A DNA stretch of 64,000 bases from assembly GCA_951406725.2 (NCBI GenBank), contig OX597819.1, positions 37,572,001-37,636,000 on the forward strand, written 5' to 3'. The position numbers and the translations under genes are program-made. Shown one piece after another: positions 26,828 through 41,329 of this stretch (its first letter is position 1; each line of letters opens with the position of its first letter). This stretch comes from Octopus vulgaris (Eukaryota). The notes below the pieces were generated by a model that was not told where the DNA came from, did no database searches, and saw only the letters and a program-made list of their open reading frames with translations.

Positions 26828-27879
26828 ATATACACACACACATAAACTCCACCTTACATTCACATTTCTAGGATACAATCAAATTCCTTAAACTCTTCCA
26901 TTAGTAACTCTTATTCAAAGAAAGCAAATTAGCTTTCAGAAAAACTTCTGATTTAACATTGCTCATTTGTTTATTTCAACTAAATGGTAAGGCAAATGAC
27001 AATTGCAGAATAAAACTGACAATAATCTCAGCTGTACATACATATCTGAATATAAATCAAATTCAATGCAAGCAACAAATATACATTCAACCCTTCATAA
27101 TCTGTAATGACATGCAACAATTAAAGCTACTATATATACCGATACCAAATATAAGAGATATTGTAAATGAAAGTGGAGAGCAATGCATAAATTTTATACA
27201 AACACAAAATCGCATTTATGCAACTACAGAATAAAAAACAACATATGTGAAGGGAATTCAACTGAGAATCAAAACTAGCTTTGAACAAGCAGTTAATTTC
27301 TACTGCTGCTGTACAATCTAAGACCTAAATCAATCAGAAATTGCCTTTATAGCTACACTTGGAAAGTTCCTATTCAGAGCACAGATCTAGGTAAGACTTA
27401 TTAAAGACTGGCAGCAATTGCCTATACAGCAAGTGCTCTCCTCTCTGTACACTGCTGATGTTGTTCAAGGGAACAAACACAAGGGCTGATACGGCTCGGC
27501 ATCAGTGTCACCACATGTAAAATACGAACAAAAAGCTGGAACAAATACCACAAGGCATTTTATCCCATTCTGAAAATTCAACATCCTGGGCTGGTACTAT
27601 ATTTCATGAAGCACAGAATGTAAAAGTTGAACAAATTACCACAAAAGAAATTGCCAAATGCTCTAATGATTCTGCCTGATCTACACTGTCTTACAATAAA
27701 TGTATGTAAATATATACAAAAGGATATATGGACCTAATCATAATTTTATCTGCTGCTGGCAAGTACTGACTTGCTAGTGGCACTTTTTAAGTATTTAACA
27801 TTGGGTTTCCTCAAGGGGAGATAGGAAAATGCAATCATTTATTTACATAAAAGCATTCTTTTTCTGTGGGTCAAAGGTT

Positions 27880-28130
27880 GGAGTGTGCTGCTAAACAACT
27901 CCATGCCAATCAATCAGGTGGCCTTTACTTCAATGCAGGTTAGAATGTTCAGCATAGAGGAGGCTGTGACCATAGTCCTTGCAGACCCTCTCAGACTGAA
28001 GAGATTGATGCCATAAATAATATTACTCTTGAACAGCTGGTGACAGAAAAAAATACTATCCCATATATGAGAACAGTATTCCTTTGTAAGCCTCACTCGA
28101 ACTTTGTATTTGCAGTAATCTAAGGAATAT
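27880..28130 (-). mobile_element. CR1-like LINE remnant
   Basis: EYCSHIWD motif in ORF 27914-28096, typical of the region after the RT in CR1-like elements. Confidence 0.55.
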
Positions 28131-30829
28131 CATTCAAATGAATTTTAATTTGAGCAATCAAACAAACTTCAATTTTTCTTCTCTAAAATAAAAATGAACA
28201 AAATCCTATAGCTGAAGACGTTTGGTTATGTGCTTCATAGTTTTTGATTAATTCGACAAGCTGTTTACAGAGTTGTCCTCGACTATGTTTACCATGACAT
28301 CTTGATAATTATATCAATGATTTGTCACGGGTAGATGTGAATACCTAGCAAAAGAATATGCTTGATCATGACTAAATATCCCACTGTAAAAATAAAAACA
28401 AAAAACCTTATCCAAGGTAGCATAATTTTTCCACACTAGCATGCCATTTCAAATATTTTATATTTTCCCCAAATATATTAACAGCTAAGCATAAAAAATA
28501 AGTACTCTTATTCAATCCAATGATGTTAGACATACTCACAATCACAAAATGTAAAGAATTCCAGAGAAAAGAAAATTAGAATAATTTATAGCTACAAGAG
28601 AGATCATTTGCTAATTTACAAGATAGGAGACCTTTCTTGTATATTCCACAATGTTGAAAACGTGCAGCTAATCTAGTTAATTAAAATTTATTCTGCAGAC
28701 TGAAGACCTAACCTACTTCAAATTATCAAAGTTATTATTTGGGAACAATTTCTCTGACAGAATGATTCTAGTGGTTGAACATAGTAGTGTATGTGAACTA
28801 GTGGAGTAGATTACCTTCACATTTATTCTAAATCATCATACTTAAGACAATAGCTATGTTTGACTGCAATAGGTATCAATAACCTCAACCCCAGGCACTA
28901 CTCTAGTTACCTGTATTCAACTTGTTATATTCCTTTCTAATTAACACAGTAAACCACTTATTCAGTCAAGAAATCAAATAGCATCTGAAATCTTTAAGTG
29001 CACAGTTAAATCTTCACCTACTTAATATAACCTGAAATTTTTCAAGTTACCTTAGGGCAAATGATCTTGTAGTAGATATCTTTATAATCCATGTCTACAA
29101 CTAATCAACCTAAGTATTTTATAATTGTCTAGTATTGATATTCAAAGCTGAATTTATTCTCACTGTTCAACAGCAAGTACTTTCATGAAGTCTTAATGTT
29201 ACTGATCTTTCAATATTTTTATTCAAACTCAGAAGAGTGCTTAAATAGTCTTGTGTGGTTTATATTCTTTGGACAGAGGTCAATCCTGATTAAACAGACC
29301 TGTGTTTAGAGCAGCTCTAACCATGACAATCATTTTTATTTCAGACATAGAACATGTAAAAACTACATCATTCACTGTCCTTTTTCAGACATATTTGACT
29401 ATCTTTAGCAGACCATGTGGTTATGTAAGGCTTTCTGTTGGTCCAACTGGTCTATATGCAAACAAAGTTATGTTTAGATTTTATTTCCATTGTGGATTAG
29501 GATGTAGCAGGTTTCACCATACTATTCCATGCTGATTAATATTAATCCTGAAAATTTTATCCAATTTTGCTTTTTTGTTCAATAAGTAACTAATGATCAA
29601 ACCAGCAATCATATTTCCATCTCTTAACTGCTTTATGGCAATTTATGTTTTCCAGGTCCCAAATACAAACTAAATATATTGGAGCAATTTTACATTGCAA
29701 TCTGTAGATATAGGCACAATGTTGCAAATGCTGATATGGAATTTTTGAGCTGTGGAGTTACAGGGAGTCAGTAGATTTGATTAGATTATTTAAGCCAAAT
29801 ACTTCTAATCCAAGTTTTTAAAAAATAAACCTAGCTCATATGAACAAAATAAATAAAAATGAACACAATTATGAAAATTCAGAAACAAATTCTTTTGCCA
29901 TTAAACCCAAGCCTGCAACTGTAAATTTTAAAAACCTAATTAATCACTGATAAAGTAAAACATCAGATTTCACTCAAACATTCACACTATTTCCTACTGA
30001 AATTGAGATTTAACACATCAGTTAGTCACTTTAAATCTCAAATCAAACAGAAATTTCAATCTTCATACTGTAGCAATTCTAACCTCTAATATATTGGACA
30101 AAATCCAAGTTACTACTTGCATTAAAGATTTTTGAGACTGATTTTAGTTACTATATAGTTTTTACTGTTTATTACATAAATTTGGTAGTAATACCAACAA
30201 AAATTTCCATTTCATTGTTTTAAAACTAAACCAAACTTTAAAGTGACACCAAATTTTAGCCAGGATTTCTCAACTATTCAACTAACATATACCACTCATC
30301 CCACCAGTTCTTTTGGACAATTAAAAGATTAAAATATTCATTATCGCTTTTGCTACTAAATAGAAGCTTGAACTGTTTTTTCTATAATATATTACAAAAA
30401 GAAATGGAGCAATTATATTAGAAGCAACCTGATGTTTTAACATGAATTCATTAAAGCCAAACTTTGACCTGTGACATTCGGTGTGCAGACTCAACACTCA
30501 TGTCCATCTTCGTAAGACTTCTATAAAATCATTTTCTCTTAACTAGATATGAATAGTAGATTGAACAGTATTAGATATCTTTTTAGAGGAAAAGTGGATT
30601 GTAAAGAACACTGGATAGTTGAAACAACGCTATTAATTGGGATGTGATCAATATAGATCAGTTTTATTATTATTCAAATGAAAGATCAAACTGAAATAAT
30701 GAGTAAATGTTGAAGAGGTAACATGCTGAAATATGGTAGAAATGTTATCAGCTGAACAAACATTTTAATTAGATAGTAGACATCAATCCAACATCATAAA
30801 CAAGCATACTTTTTTTTTTTTAATAAATT

Positions 30830-33195
30830 GGACTGGAAGAAGGGACTGTGCCCATGGCATTTGCAGGCCCTCCAAAACCAGTGCAACTGATGCTGTCAGG
30901 AGTCTACTTAAACTTTTGCAAACTGATGACTGCAAGAAAGGCATGTGGACAAAAAGAATTTCAGAAGGCTAACATTTTGAGTGTAATGTTTAGTGCAGGG
31001 CTTGAGGAAGGGGTAATTTTACATAATACAGGTTATAAGAGAAGAGTAGGATAAAAGTGCCAGGATGAAGCTGTGAGAAGTAGAATTCATGTAGTAGCTC
31101 TATGCAAGGCAAAGAGAGGAGATTGCACGTCTGTAGATTAGTGGTTGGAGAGTGTTTGGACCATCGACAATGTGGGTTTTACTTGATCATTAAAAAGGAT
31201 TAGATGATGTTGGGAGATGAATTATCTTCTGTCTCTGAAAAGAAAAGCTAGTCTTTGCTAAGTTCAGGACGCGTGTTCACCAAGAGAATCTTAATGATAA
31301 TGAAGCATAGTACTTGAAGTGATCCTGAAAGCTCTAGATGCATGTTGTATGTTTAAGGGAGGAAAGTGCAACAATGTTTTTACATGTGTTACAATAGTGT
31401 CCTTTTGTTGTTGGTTAAGAACCCATTAGCAAACCAAGCAAATCCTGCAAATACAGCCCAAGAAACACTCTGAAATACTTCCATAGCCATACTCAACAGA
31501 ACCTCAACATTCAGATTATCTAGAAAACATTACACAAAAATTAAGAGAAAATCAAGAAGTTAGCTGGAATATCTTGGGCAGCATTTTAAACTGTGTTGAG
31601 AACATCCACTATAGCTTTATGTTACAGTAAGACAGACCACATTATGTTATTCTGTCTGGTCACTTCCATCTCAGAACATGAACAATGCATAAAGCTGGTG
31701 TAGTGTATATCAACTGGATCACAAATTTAATAATGGGGGTGTGAGAAAGACCATACAAAACAAATCACTGGAGGATGTTTCTTGGTCTATTCATGGATTT
31801 GATGTCTAGGTTGCATATGGATGATGCTTGGATGCAGAAAGTCAGGAAAGTACAAAGAGTCTATCATCAACATAGGAGTGGCCTTGTTGGCAAGTATGTC
31901 TGATATATAGGGAGAGTGATATAGTGAAAAAAAAAAACTGGCTTATACCAGTGTTGAAAGACTTTCATCAATACAGTCAGCACAATAATACAATCTGACA
32001 AGAAGCTACTAGGAGATGGATGGAGGCCATAGGTAGTGTTGACAGATTTGCATATCAGACATAGTTGAAAGCTTTGCGGATACTGAGATCAACATTACAT
32101 TGACCAAGCTGCTTTTCTGGCAAGGGACCAAAGGACCAGTTTCAGATGGAGATGCCTAAGAGCTTGAGAACAGGGCAATGGACAGAGTGAGTTCAGATGT
32201 GTCTTACATGAGTTGTAGTGTTGAATATGAGCCAGGCAGTTTGTAGCAAGGGGTGATTTTATCCCAAGTGTCAAAGGTCTTGTTTTTTGCTCAGCTCAGA
32301 TAATATACAGTCAACAACTATTGAAAAAGTTGCAAGAAGCAACAAAAATTTTAGAAAAAATAAGTAAATGAGTGGAAATCAAACTGGTGTGTTAATAAGG
32401 CATTAAAACAGAATGACTCTCCCCAGATAATAAAATATTTCAGTAGAATAATGTATAAACCATCTGAGTTGAACTGAGTTTTGTTATGTACAGGATGTAG
32501 AGGAACACAATTATGAGAATGGCTTTTCATAGGTTCACGAACTGCCAGGGATAGGATAGAACTGGTGTGGGCAGCTTTGACCAATTTAGCTGATTCTGAG
32601 TGTCAAAGTTAGGGAGGTGATGTACTGAGTGTATGGTTGAGATTTGGCTATGGTCAGATGAAGCAGCAGAAGCATAAATGGTGACTGTTTGGTACAAAAG
32701 TGATCAAAGACGTTTGTAATGTCTGTGTGGTAAGTTTGTAGGGAAAGAGACTAATTGATGTAAAAGGGTTAAGGGTGTAAAAGATTTAAGTCATTAAGGA
32801 CCAATGACTTCAAAAAGGGACATGGTTGAAGATTTGTTGGTGATGCAATAAGTTCAGAAAGTGGTAATCAAAGTGGATGTATTTGAAATATCAGGGGAGG
32901 GGAACTTCGAACTAGAGTAACTGCAGGTATTTGTTGCTGACATCCAGGTGAGTTAAGTCAGTGGCAGTGATAGCACAAAAAACACCTTTCAGAGTAGTTT
33001 GAAGTAGAGAACGTAACCCAGACAGCAGAAATTGATTATAGATAAGGGTTACGTGATAAGAACGATAGGACGCGTGTGGTTTTTCATATGTAGGAAAGAG
33101 CAATCTATACCAACCCATTTTATCACTAGAAACAAATGCACTCCTCCCCCTTTTTAAATCATAGTCAAACAAGGATCTGAACACAGACCTTAAAC
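30830..33195 (-). mobile_element. Long decayed CR1-like LINE (APE and RT remnants)
   Basis: RT motif remnant DLSIRKAFN (compare LDISKAFD) near 32065-32092; endonuclease-like remnants (FNA) near 32400; LINE-like strand composition. Boundaries approximate. Confidence 0.55.
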
Positions 33196-35658
33196 CAGAA
33201 CCTTAATTCAAAACAATTATATTTTTAACATTTCATCCTTAAATAATCAAGATAGGAGACTATCCGTTAGAAATAACTGTCAAATTTCCATCAAATCACA
33301 CAAATACTGTCTTTTAAAAAAAAGGACATTAGACAATATAAACCTAGAAACACAAAGAGAGATTAGTTATTGCAGAAACGCTTTCGATCCGAATCTGCTC
33401 AATCAGAGCAAGTATGGGGCTAAACAACCGTTGACCTTTTTGAAATTCCCGAAGCGTGTGCATCCATTTGTGAAAACGAAATTTCAGGTTTTATAAACCA
33501 CCATTTGTTATATATCACAAGGAAATGGTGTTTATTCTTTTTGTTAGTTATTCAACATTACAATTTTGTTCGACAATCATGCAACTTGGGGAAGTTTCTA
33601 TTTAATTTCTTGAGCATTACAGTATTGATTCGATTAACATATTATCCACAATAAACATGTGACTATCATATTTATACGAACATATCGACGAATCGCCTTA
33701 GAATATTGACTCATTTTACAGCAATCTACCTACAATTTTGACTTCCAAAGAACAAGATCAAAGCTTACAACATAACGATATTTGAAGTTTCAACAATGGA
33801 AGCTCAAAATGGACTTTGAAAGCCTTTTGACAACTAGAGGGCAAAGAAAGAGATCGATCGGGATGAGAACTATTCTTTCTTTCACTAACATACGCCGAAG
33901 ATCTAAAATAGAAAGAAATACAAAAAAAACTATGGAGTAGATTTCGAAGTTCTGTAGGTCTTGTAATTACTAAATGTTCTAAATTTATATTAGATGTTAA
34001 TTGGCTATGGATTTGAGGACGGTAATGATTAAAGGGTACAGGGTAAGTACTAAGTAGTTCCTGATACAAGAGACTCCCTGACTTTTCCACTATATGACAA
34101 CTGGTCGTTAAAACTTAATTGAGAGCAAACAGTTCGAGAAAAACTGGAATAGTTCCTACAAGTTGGTACAGGTTGTGTCATTCAGGTAAGGGCGAAAAAC
34201 AAATCTGTAGTGTGGAATACGTTTCAAGTATGACATAAATTTAAGTTTTAAGAAATAGTTAATAACCTAGCGAAAGGCATTTGTTTTAGATATAAGAAAA
34301 GACTGTTTTACTAAAAGTCTTTGTTTAACCTATAAACATCCGGCAATGGAAAGGAGTTTACTTTATTTTTAACCCCCCCCCCCCTTACACACACATACAA
34401 TTTACATTGTTCCACTTTCGAAAGGGCGGCAAATAGTACCAAAAGTAAATTTTATATAACTATTTAGAAGTGGGTGGGAAGAATTTAAACATCGATTTAG
34501 ACGATTACACATTTACTAATTAATTAGGACAAATAAATATATGTTTCTTCTGCATTGCAACTGAAAAACTACAGGGGGAAAAAAATGAAATGTCGTGTGT
34601 GTGTATATATAATATACGTGTGTACGCAGATGTATCTATATGCGTATGTATGAGTATGAAAGAACAGCACATGAGAATGTGTAAAGGGAGTTAATTAGGT
34701 AGGTGCAATGAAGGTAAGCTATCTTTAGAACTAGTTTCCTCTCGACTCGATGTCTTATTCTCTCGGTGCAGTCAAAGATATCGGTGGGGGGGGGGTAGGC
34801 AAAGATATACCAGTCATTTACTCCAAACAGCAAATCAATATATAACACCTTGAGTCAGATTATGTGAATATAAAATAAAACAGGAGAAACAATGAGATTA
34901 TTGTAAGGAAGTGGGGGCTAGATATATAAGATTATTATTATTTTTTTTTTTTTCAAATTTAAGAAAATGGTATACAAGTTTGAAACGACTTTCTCACCTT
35001 ATTCCACAAGATTCTACTCCTGATGGTGTCTGCATATACAAACAACAATCAGATACCGACAACAGGATGCTGCTTGCTGCTCCTCTTACTTAAAAGTGAC
35101 GAATCAGTTTTTTAACGTTTCCACTTTATTTATTGTATATTTAGAAACTGAAGCAAGTTTTTGTTTACTTTTTTTTTAAAATATTAATCTGTTATCACCT
35201 GAAATATATTTAAAATATCTTTAGATATCATTCCACTTAAGGTGGCATTTACATTATTTATCCTCCATATCACTTTTTCTAGCAAATGCCATTATATATA
35301 TATATATATAAATAAATACACACTCATATATACATATACAGCAGCACGGATTAAAGTTTTCAGAGGATACCAATGTACCTATCATATAGAAACATTACAG
35401 GATTGTTGACTACTTTTTTTTTTTTAATATATAAACCAAAAAACACGGAAAATAAATAATACAACCACAGCTAAAAAAAAAAAAAAGAGAAAGAAAGAAA
35501 GAAATCAACAGCGATTACATATCAAAAATAACGGTCCGGACCAATGAAGAGACATTATGTTGGGATAGAAAAGTGTTGGAAATTATTCAGGCAGAAAGAA
35601 ATAGTATGCTTAGTGGTAAATATCTGCACCACACACACAAACAAACCACACACTAAAT

Positions 35659-35689
<31 letters not shown>

Positions 35690-36119
35690 TTATATATATA
35701 TATATTAGTGCTTTAAAAACGCGATGTTATGATGTAATTCTAACCCAATAGCAGTTGGAGAGGAAGTCGTGATAGTGGAGCATACACCATACTCTTAAAT
35801 CTATTGATAGATAGCTGTCGGGCTTTTTTTTTTCCCTTTCGTTAAATCAACCTGTAATTCTAAATATATTAAGCAAACAATTTTTTTTAAAGTATTATTA
35901 ATTATGTAAATTTTCTCCGATTTCGATTATCTCAACAGAAAAAAAAACTGCATGTTAATGAACGTTTATAAAAACCATTTAACTTGTGCAAGAATCACAT
36001 TTTTGTTTCAGTTGTCTTGATATATAACTCGACATTATTTCCCACCCCACCTCCCTCACACTTCTTCGTTTACCCTCAACAATTCAAATACAAAAGACAT
36101 TTATTTTAGGACTACTTAC

Positions 36120-37100
36120 TTTGTTTTTAAAAAGGGGGAGAAACAAAGACTAGTTGGAGATAGAAAAAAACTTGTTCCGTATCGTGTATAATTAAGGCTT
36201 CTTTCTATAGTCTGTTTATCAATCCGGTCCAACGTATGTATATCGGTTTGTGTATACATAGAAGTGAGTGTATATGTGTGTTGAGTGTGCAAAAGCGTAA
36301 ATATTGAGATAGAAAGAAAAAAAACGGGGGTGGCAGATATTAGAGTCTATACGTGAATGTGTCGTTATCTTGCACGGTTATCATGAAAAAAAAAAAAAAA
36401 AACAAGGTACTCGTTAGATTAAAACAGAAACACTCTACATACTATATATTAAAGTTGTAAGTTATCGGTATGTATATCGAATATAAACGACATACATTGG
36501 GGTTTTTTTTTTTCCTTTCGATCTGTAATTTTTTTAAGCGTAGCTACTTTGTTGTCGTTTTCGAATCCCAAGTAGAAGGGGAAAAATGATGGATTGTCGG
36601 ACGGACTCGCTTGCGTTTAAGGATGTAGTGTTGTATGTTTGTTGCTAATGTTTATATCCACAACGAAGGAAGAATATCTCTTCCGAGATAATGTCGTTTC
36701 AGTAGTTTTTGTCGACGTCAAAAAATCTTAGAAGGGCGGTGCAGCAGTGATAGGTGAGGGTAAACTTTCGGAGGTGACGGCTGTAGTAAGAGTAATATCT
36801 TCCATAACCGTCTCAACATGGCGGTACTGGCGGTGCTGACGACAGTGATAGGCACTGCGCACGCTCTAACTGTGGTGAGCTACATAGAGAGGGGAGAAAA
36901 CATGACGAGGAGTAGTCGGAGGAGTGTCTGACAAGTGAAAGACTAGGACAAGAGAGAGAAAGAGGAGAGAAAACGAACGCAGGAATCAATGTAGAGCGAG
37001 AGAGAGAGCAACGGAAAGAAATTAATAAACAGAGAGAGAGAGAGATAAAAAGAGAGAAGAGGAGGTGAAAAGGGAGAGGAAAATTAGGATAAATACGCAT
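36120..37100 (-). other. Probable non-coding first exon (5' UTR) of PPM1A/B
   Basis: Minus-strand donor AA|GTAAGT at 36119-36114; lies in the CpG-retaining region; the coding exon has only 5 nt of UTR after an acceptor, so an upstream exon is required. 5' end not determinable. Confidence 0.5.
36815..36824 (-). promoter_or_regulatory. YY1-like site CCGCCATGTT
   Basis: Matches the CCGCCATNTT consensus, within the CpG-rich leader region. Confidence 0.4.
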
Positions 37101-37254
37101 AAAGAAGTACGTAGGGTTTTGAAATGAGCGACAGAAGTAAAGATGATCGTATAAATACATACTTTCAATTTTGAATATAGAATATATATAAATTTAAGAG
37201 AAAAAAAGAAGAAATGGGAAAGCAAAACAAAAATGTATAATTCCAAAATAGACA

Positions 37255-37305
37255 GAGTGCCGCCCCCCTCTATAAGCAGAGTGATGTCATCGTTGACCAA
37301 TCAAA
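37255..37305. promoter_or_regulatory. Clustered promoter motifs: GC box, CRE/ATF-like site and CCAAT box
   Basis: CCGCCCCC at 37260, TGATGTCA at 37282 and CCAAT at 37297 within about 45 bp, upstream of the presumed exon 1 on the minus strand. Confidence 0.5.
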
Positions 37306-38747
37306 TGTTCCTAATGTAAGACTCTTGTTTCTCTTTGGTAAATACAAATACACACGTTACGGTTAAAATGCGGATGGAGATTACGTTTTTAGAAAAAAAA
37401 AAATTGAATTTACTATTAAAATATTTTACATCTAAAAGATTTACACTATATATGAATGGGTAGACGAAAACTTTTTTTTTTTCGCTTTTCAATACGTTTT
37501 GTAAAATATATCGTAATTATCATGTAAAATAGAGACGATGGGGGGGGAAAGGAAAACTATTTCTTTAAAGGTGTGACAATAATTTAAACCAATGACACTT
37601 TAATTACTGAAACACTGGAATTTTAGCCTCAGTCAACTGATGGCTTGTGTTAATAATAGTCTTATATCATCATCTATCTGCCATTATTTTAAGTGTCACT
37701 TCAGATGGGACTCTTTCGTTTCATTATTACTAATTAATAATTCTGTTTCGTCATATCTCCTATTTACGACCATACTCCCACATTAATGATTCTATGTCAT
37801 ATTTCAAAACTTTACGATCTAACGCTCATCTCCCATGTTCTCGTATAATTTCCGTCATGGGAAAAATCCAACATTTTCTGAAAAAGTGCCAATAAATTTA
37901 CATTAGTGATTCATATACAAAGTATCTATTTTGACTTACTGAAGTAAAGATTTCAGGTTGTTTTGAACGTTGTCATTGCGATTTTTGTAATGTAAAGATT
38001 TATCTTTCGTCGCTTCAATCTGATATAAATATCTCGAAACAAACCATTTAAAAAAAATTTATTTATCTCTACATCAGTTATAAAATATTCACTGTCACAT
38101 CAAATCTATCTAGCTTCAGGTGACTGCTGCTGTGTAAACACAAACCATGTCATATCATCTGGCCTCAAATTTATGTCAGAATGCAACATACGATCTGTTA
38201 GAGATGTTATCTCTACAACAACGCAACGTTTACCTTAGAAGAATCTCTCATATTTTGATTATATTCTAATGGAGTTAGATAAATAAAATAATTGTGAAAA
38301 ACGACATGCTTCTGTTATCATCATTATCATCACCATCACTATACACGCTTTAATGTTTACCTTTTTTCCGTTGATTAATTTGTATTGATTCTGTACGAGA
38401 GTCTTTTTTTTTTTCAGTTATACAAACTTTATCTATTTTTTTTTTTTATATATTTCACGAATGTATTTATCATTCAATTCTAATAACTTGATTTTAGTGT
38501 CTTTACTGTGTCAGATAATTCTTCTATAATGCAGAGTTTTGGAATGAGCCATTTTCGTCAAAACTCCACATCGAGTCTTGCGTTCTTTTGCAATCCGTGC
38601 TTTAATGAATCTTATATTCACAGCTACTTCTTCGATTCTCGAACTTCCACATATTCCGGTTCTGCCTTGACAAAACCTAAAATATATTTCACATCGGTGC
38701 ACAGCATCGCGCATTGAAAGAATTCTTCAAACTTAACTGTCTCTATA

Positions 38748-38931
38748 TGGTCGCTTGACCTGTTTGACAGAGCAGCCAACTTTCCCTCAAATTACACCCT
38801 ATCATCTGAAGGAAAGGGGAGAAAACGCGTTGAATACTCCGGTCCTAGATTCTCTACACATTGAGAAAGACTGGAATGACTTTGATCATAAATCTACTAG
38901 GTCAAAGCTGACCTGGGGCTAAACAACAACA
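38748..38931 (+). repeat. Unclassified ~180 bp interspersed repeat
   Basis: cttgacctg...agcagccaa..ttccctcaaattacac...ctgacctggggctaaacaacaac; related copies at about 33255-33428, 57475-57650, 59590-59775 and 60420-60497. Confidence 0.65.
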
Positions 38932-39724
38932 GTCTGCAGGTATTAACTTTCGGCAACACGAAACGTCCTGATGTGACAAAATTCAACGACGACAAGGTTA
39001 TCGCCTAACGTGACGAAAAAAGTTTGATTAATATTTCCTTGTTAAAGTTTTTCTTCCTTTCTTATGTATTCATTCTCCTCATATTTAAGCAGGTTGACTA
39101 GGTCTTCAAATATAAGCTTTAGTAGGGTACATTTCGTCGCTGGATGCTTTTTAATATTGAATAGTACGAAACTGACAGCTAGTTTCAAAGTAGATCTATT
39201 TCCAAAGTCAATAGGTTGCCCAAAGATCATAGATCTCCATGGCAGTGGTTGTAAATAGAATTTTAAACCTTTAACAAACAATTTTATTATTATTATTTTT
39301 TCCCCTGTGCATAAATTAGAAAGCTTTATTGTGCTATAAAAATCCATCATCTTACTACATATATGCAATAAAACTATATTTTTGCCATATTCTTCTTTAT
39401 ATTGCTGCATATTGAGCATTTTAAAATTAATTTTATAATTATAGATTTAAAGAAAAATCTAACTGTTGGAGAAAATAAGATCAAACTTATTTAGGTTCTA
39501 TGTCAATGGAGAAATACTTAATTGTTAATAATTGAGCAAATTAATTTCTTTTTTATAATTTTTATAATTTTCTATGTGGTAAGCTGAAAGTGACTGAATC
39601 TCAGCATTACCATTTGTATTAATAACTCTATTGATCCTGGAGAGATGAAGAATGAGTTGACTGACAGGATTTGAGCTTGAAATAATATGATATAAAAGCT
39701 AGATAGATATTGGTTTCAATTTTT

Positions 39725-39910
39725 AGCACAAGGCCAGCAATTTCAAGAAGACGAGTAAGTTGATTACCTGACTGACACTTATTTTATCAACCCTAAAAGA
39801 ATGAAATGCAAAGTCGATTTCAATGGAATTTGAACTCAGAATGTAAAGACAGGTGAAATATCATTAAGCATTTTGTCTGGTATGCTAACAATTCTGCCTG
39901 CTTGCTGCTT
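39725..39910 (-). mobile_element. tRNA-derived SINE, old copy of the 62449 family
   Basis: ttttatcaaccctaaaagaatgaaatgcaaagtcg...tttgaactcagaatg...gctaacaattctgcc. Related plus-strand copies at about 40870-41020 and 58845-58990. Confidence 0.7.
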
Positions 39911-41329
39911 TAAAAACTTGATGGATATTAAAATTGTAAATTTCTAGTTTTTCTCTTTAAAAAATCCAGTGTCCAAAACAAAACTCATACCTTTCCATGG
40001 CATACTAACTTATTTCAATTTGATGATTTTTTTAAAAACTGATTTTTAGCTAAGGCAGGCTATCATTAGTTTTCTTGGAATCTGCTTTTTATTAGATTTT
40101 AAAGCATTTAATTCCCTTAGTAAATGATGGGATTTGACATGCAAAATATAAATTTAAACACATTTATTTTTCATTATTGTAATTGCCACACACTTGCATT
40201 CAAAATATCTAACATGATAGCATATCAAATATTTTTTTTAATTAGTAATTCTAAAATTCACAGAATATTATATACTTGTGAGTAGATAAAATTATGAGAA
40301 TGAACAACTGAAGTTTATTATAAAAACATTGCTTTAATTAGATAATATGCTGTGAAACTATATTCAATAAAATTTAGTTTTATGACTTGAATAATTTTGT
40401 AAGAGCAACTATCTTTATTACAGAAGTTATATATATTTTTTTCTTCTTTTATAATAACTAAATAGAAAGATGCTTTTTTTGAACTCTAGATATTTAATAT
40501 GCTTTCATTTGACTTACCAACTAAAAAGAAAGAATCTTGATAAAAACCGCACCACCTATATCTTTGAGTGGAAGATGACTTTTTAGGATAACCTTTTAGG
40601 TAGATGAGTTACTGCCTGAAAAAATCAATAACATTTTTATTGCCTGATGCAAAAGGGCAAGATCATAAATCTAATGGAGAAAGAGGCAGAACATAGGATC
40701 AGATGAGCTGAAATATTAACTAATCTTAGTCCAGCAGAGTTATTTTGGGAAGGTAAAAAATATAATGATAACATAACAAGAATAAGTCTTGAGAATTTGT
40801 CAAACAGGAACTCTACATTCATGTTAACCAAATACTAACTCAAAGTTAGTATTTAACACTACTAATCCTAGACAGTGAATTGGTAGAGTTGTTGGAGGGT
40901 CAGAATGCTTTATGGTATTTGTTCTGACACTTGGTGCTCTGAGTTCAAATCCTGTCAAGGTACAACTTTGCCTTTCATCCTTTCAGAGTCAATTAAAAAA
41001 ATACCAGTCTCAAGCTGAGGATTGAACACAATTGAAAGAATGCCAGTCTGGATACCCTGTGGCATATCTTCTAGCTCTTTGATTTCTCAGTTCATATTCC
41101 CCTGCGACCTACTAAGGTGGTAGACTTAATCCATCACTAAGTTTAACACCATCTGGCACTTTGGGTAGCTTTAACAGAGTCCAATCCTTCACAAGCATTC
41201 AGGTCAGGCTTCTGGTTTAAGGATACCTTCCACCCTCCCCCACCAGTTTTGGAGGCCCTATGCAGCATCATGGGCACTGCCTTTCCTCCTGACTAAAAAA
41301 AAAAGGTAAAATAAAGATAGATAGAAACT

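Noticed and set aside
28450-29560. Possible additional LINE remnant
   Set aside because: Too degraded to identify motifs with confidence.
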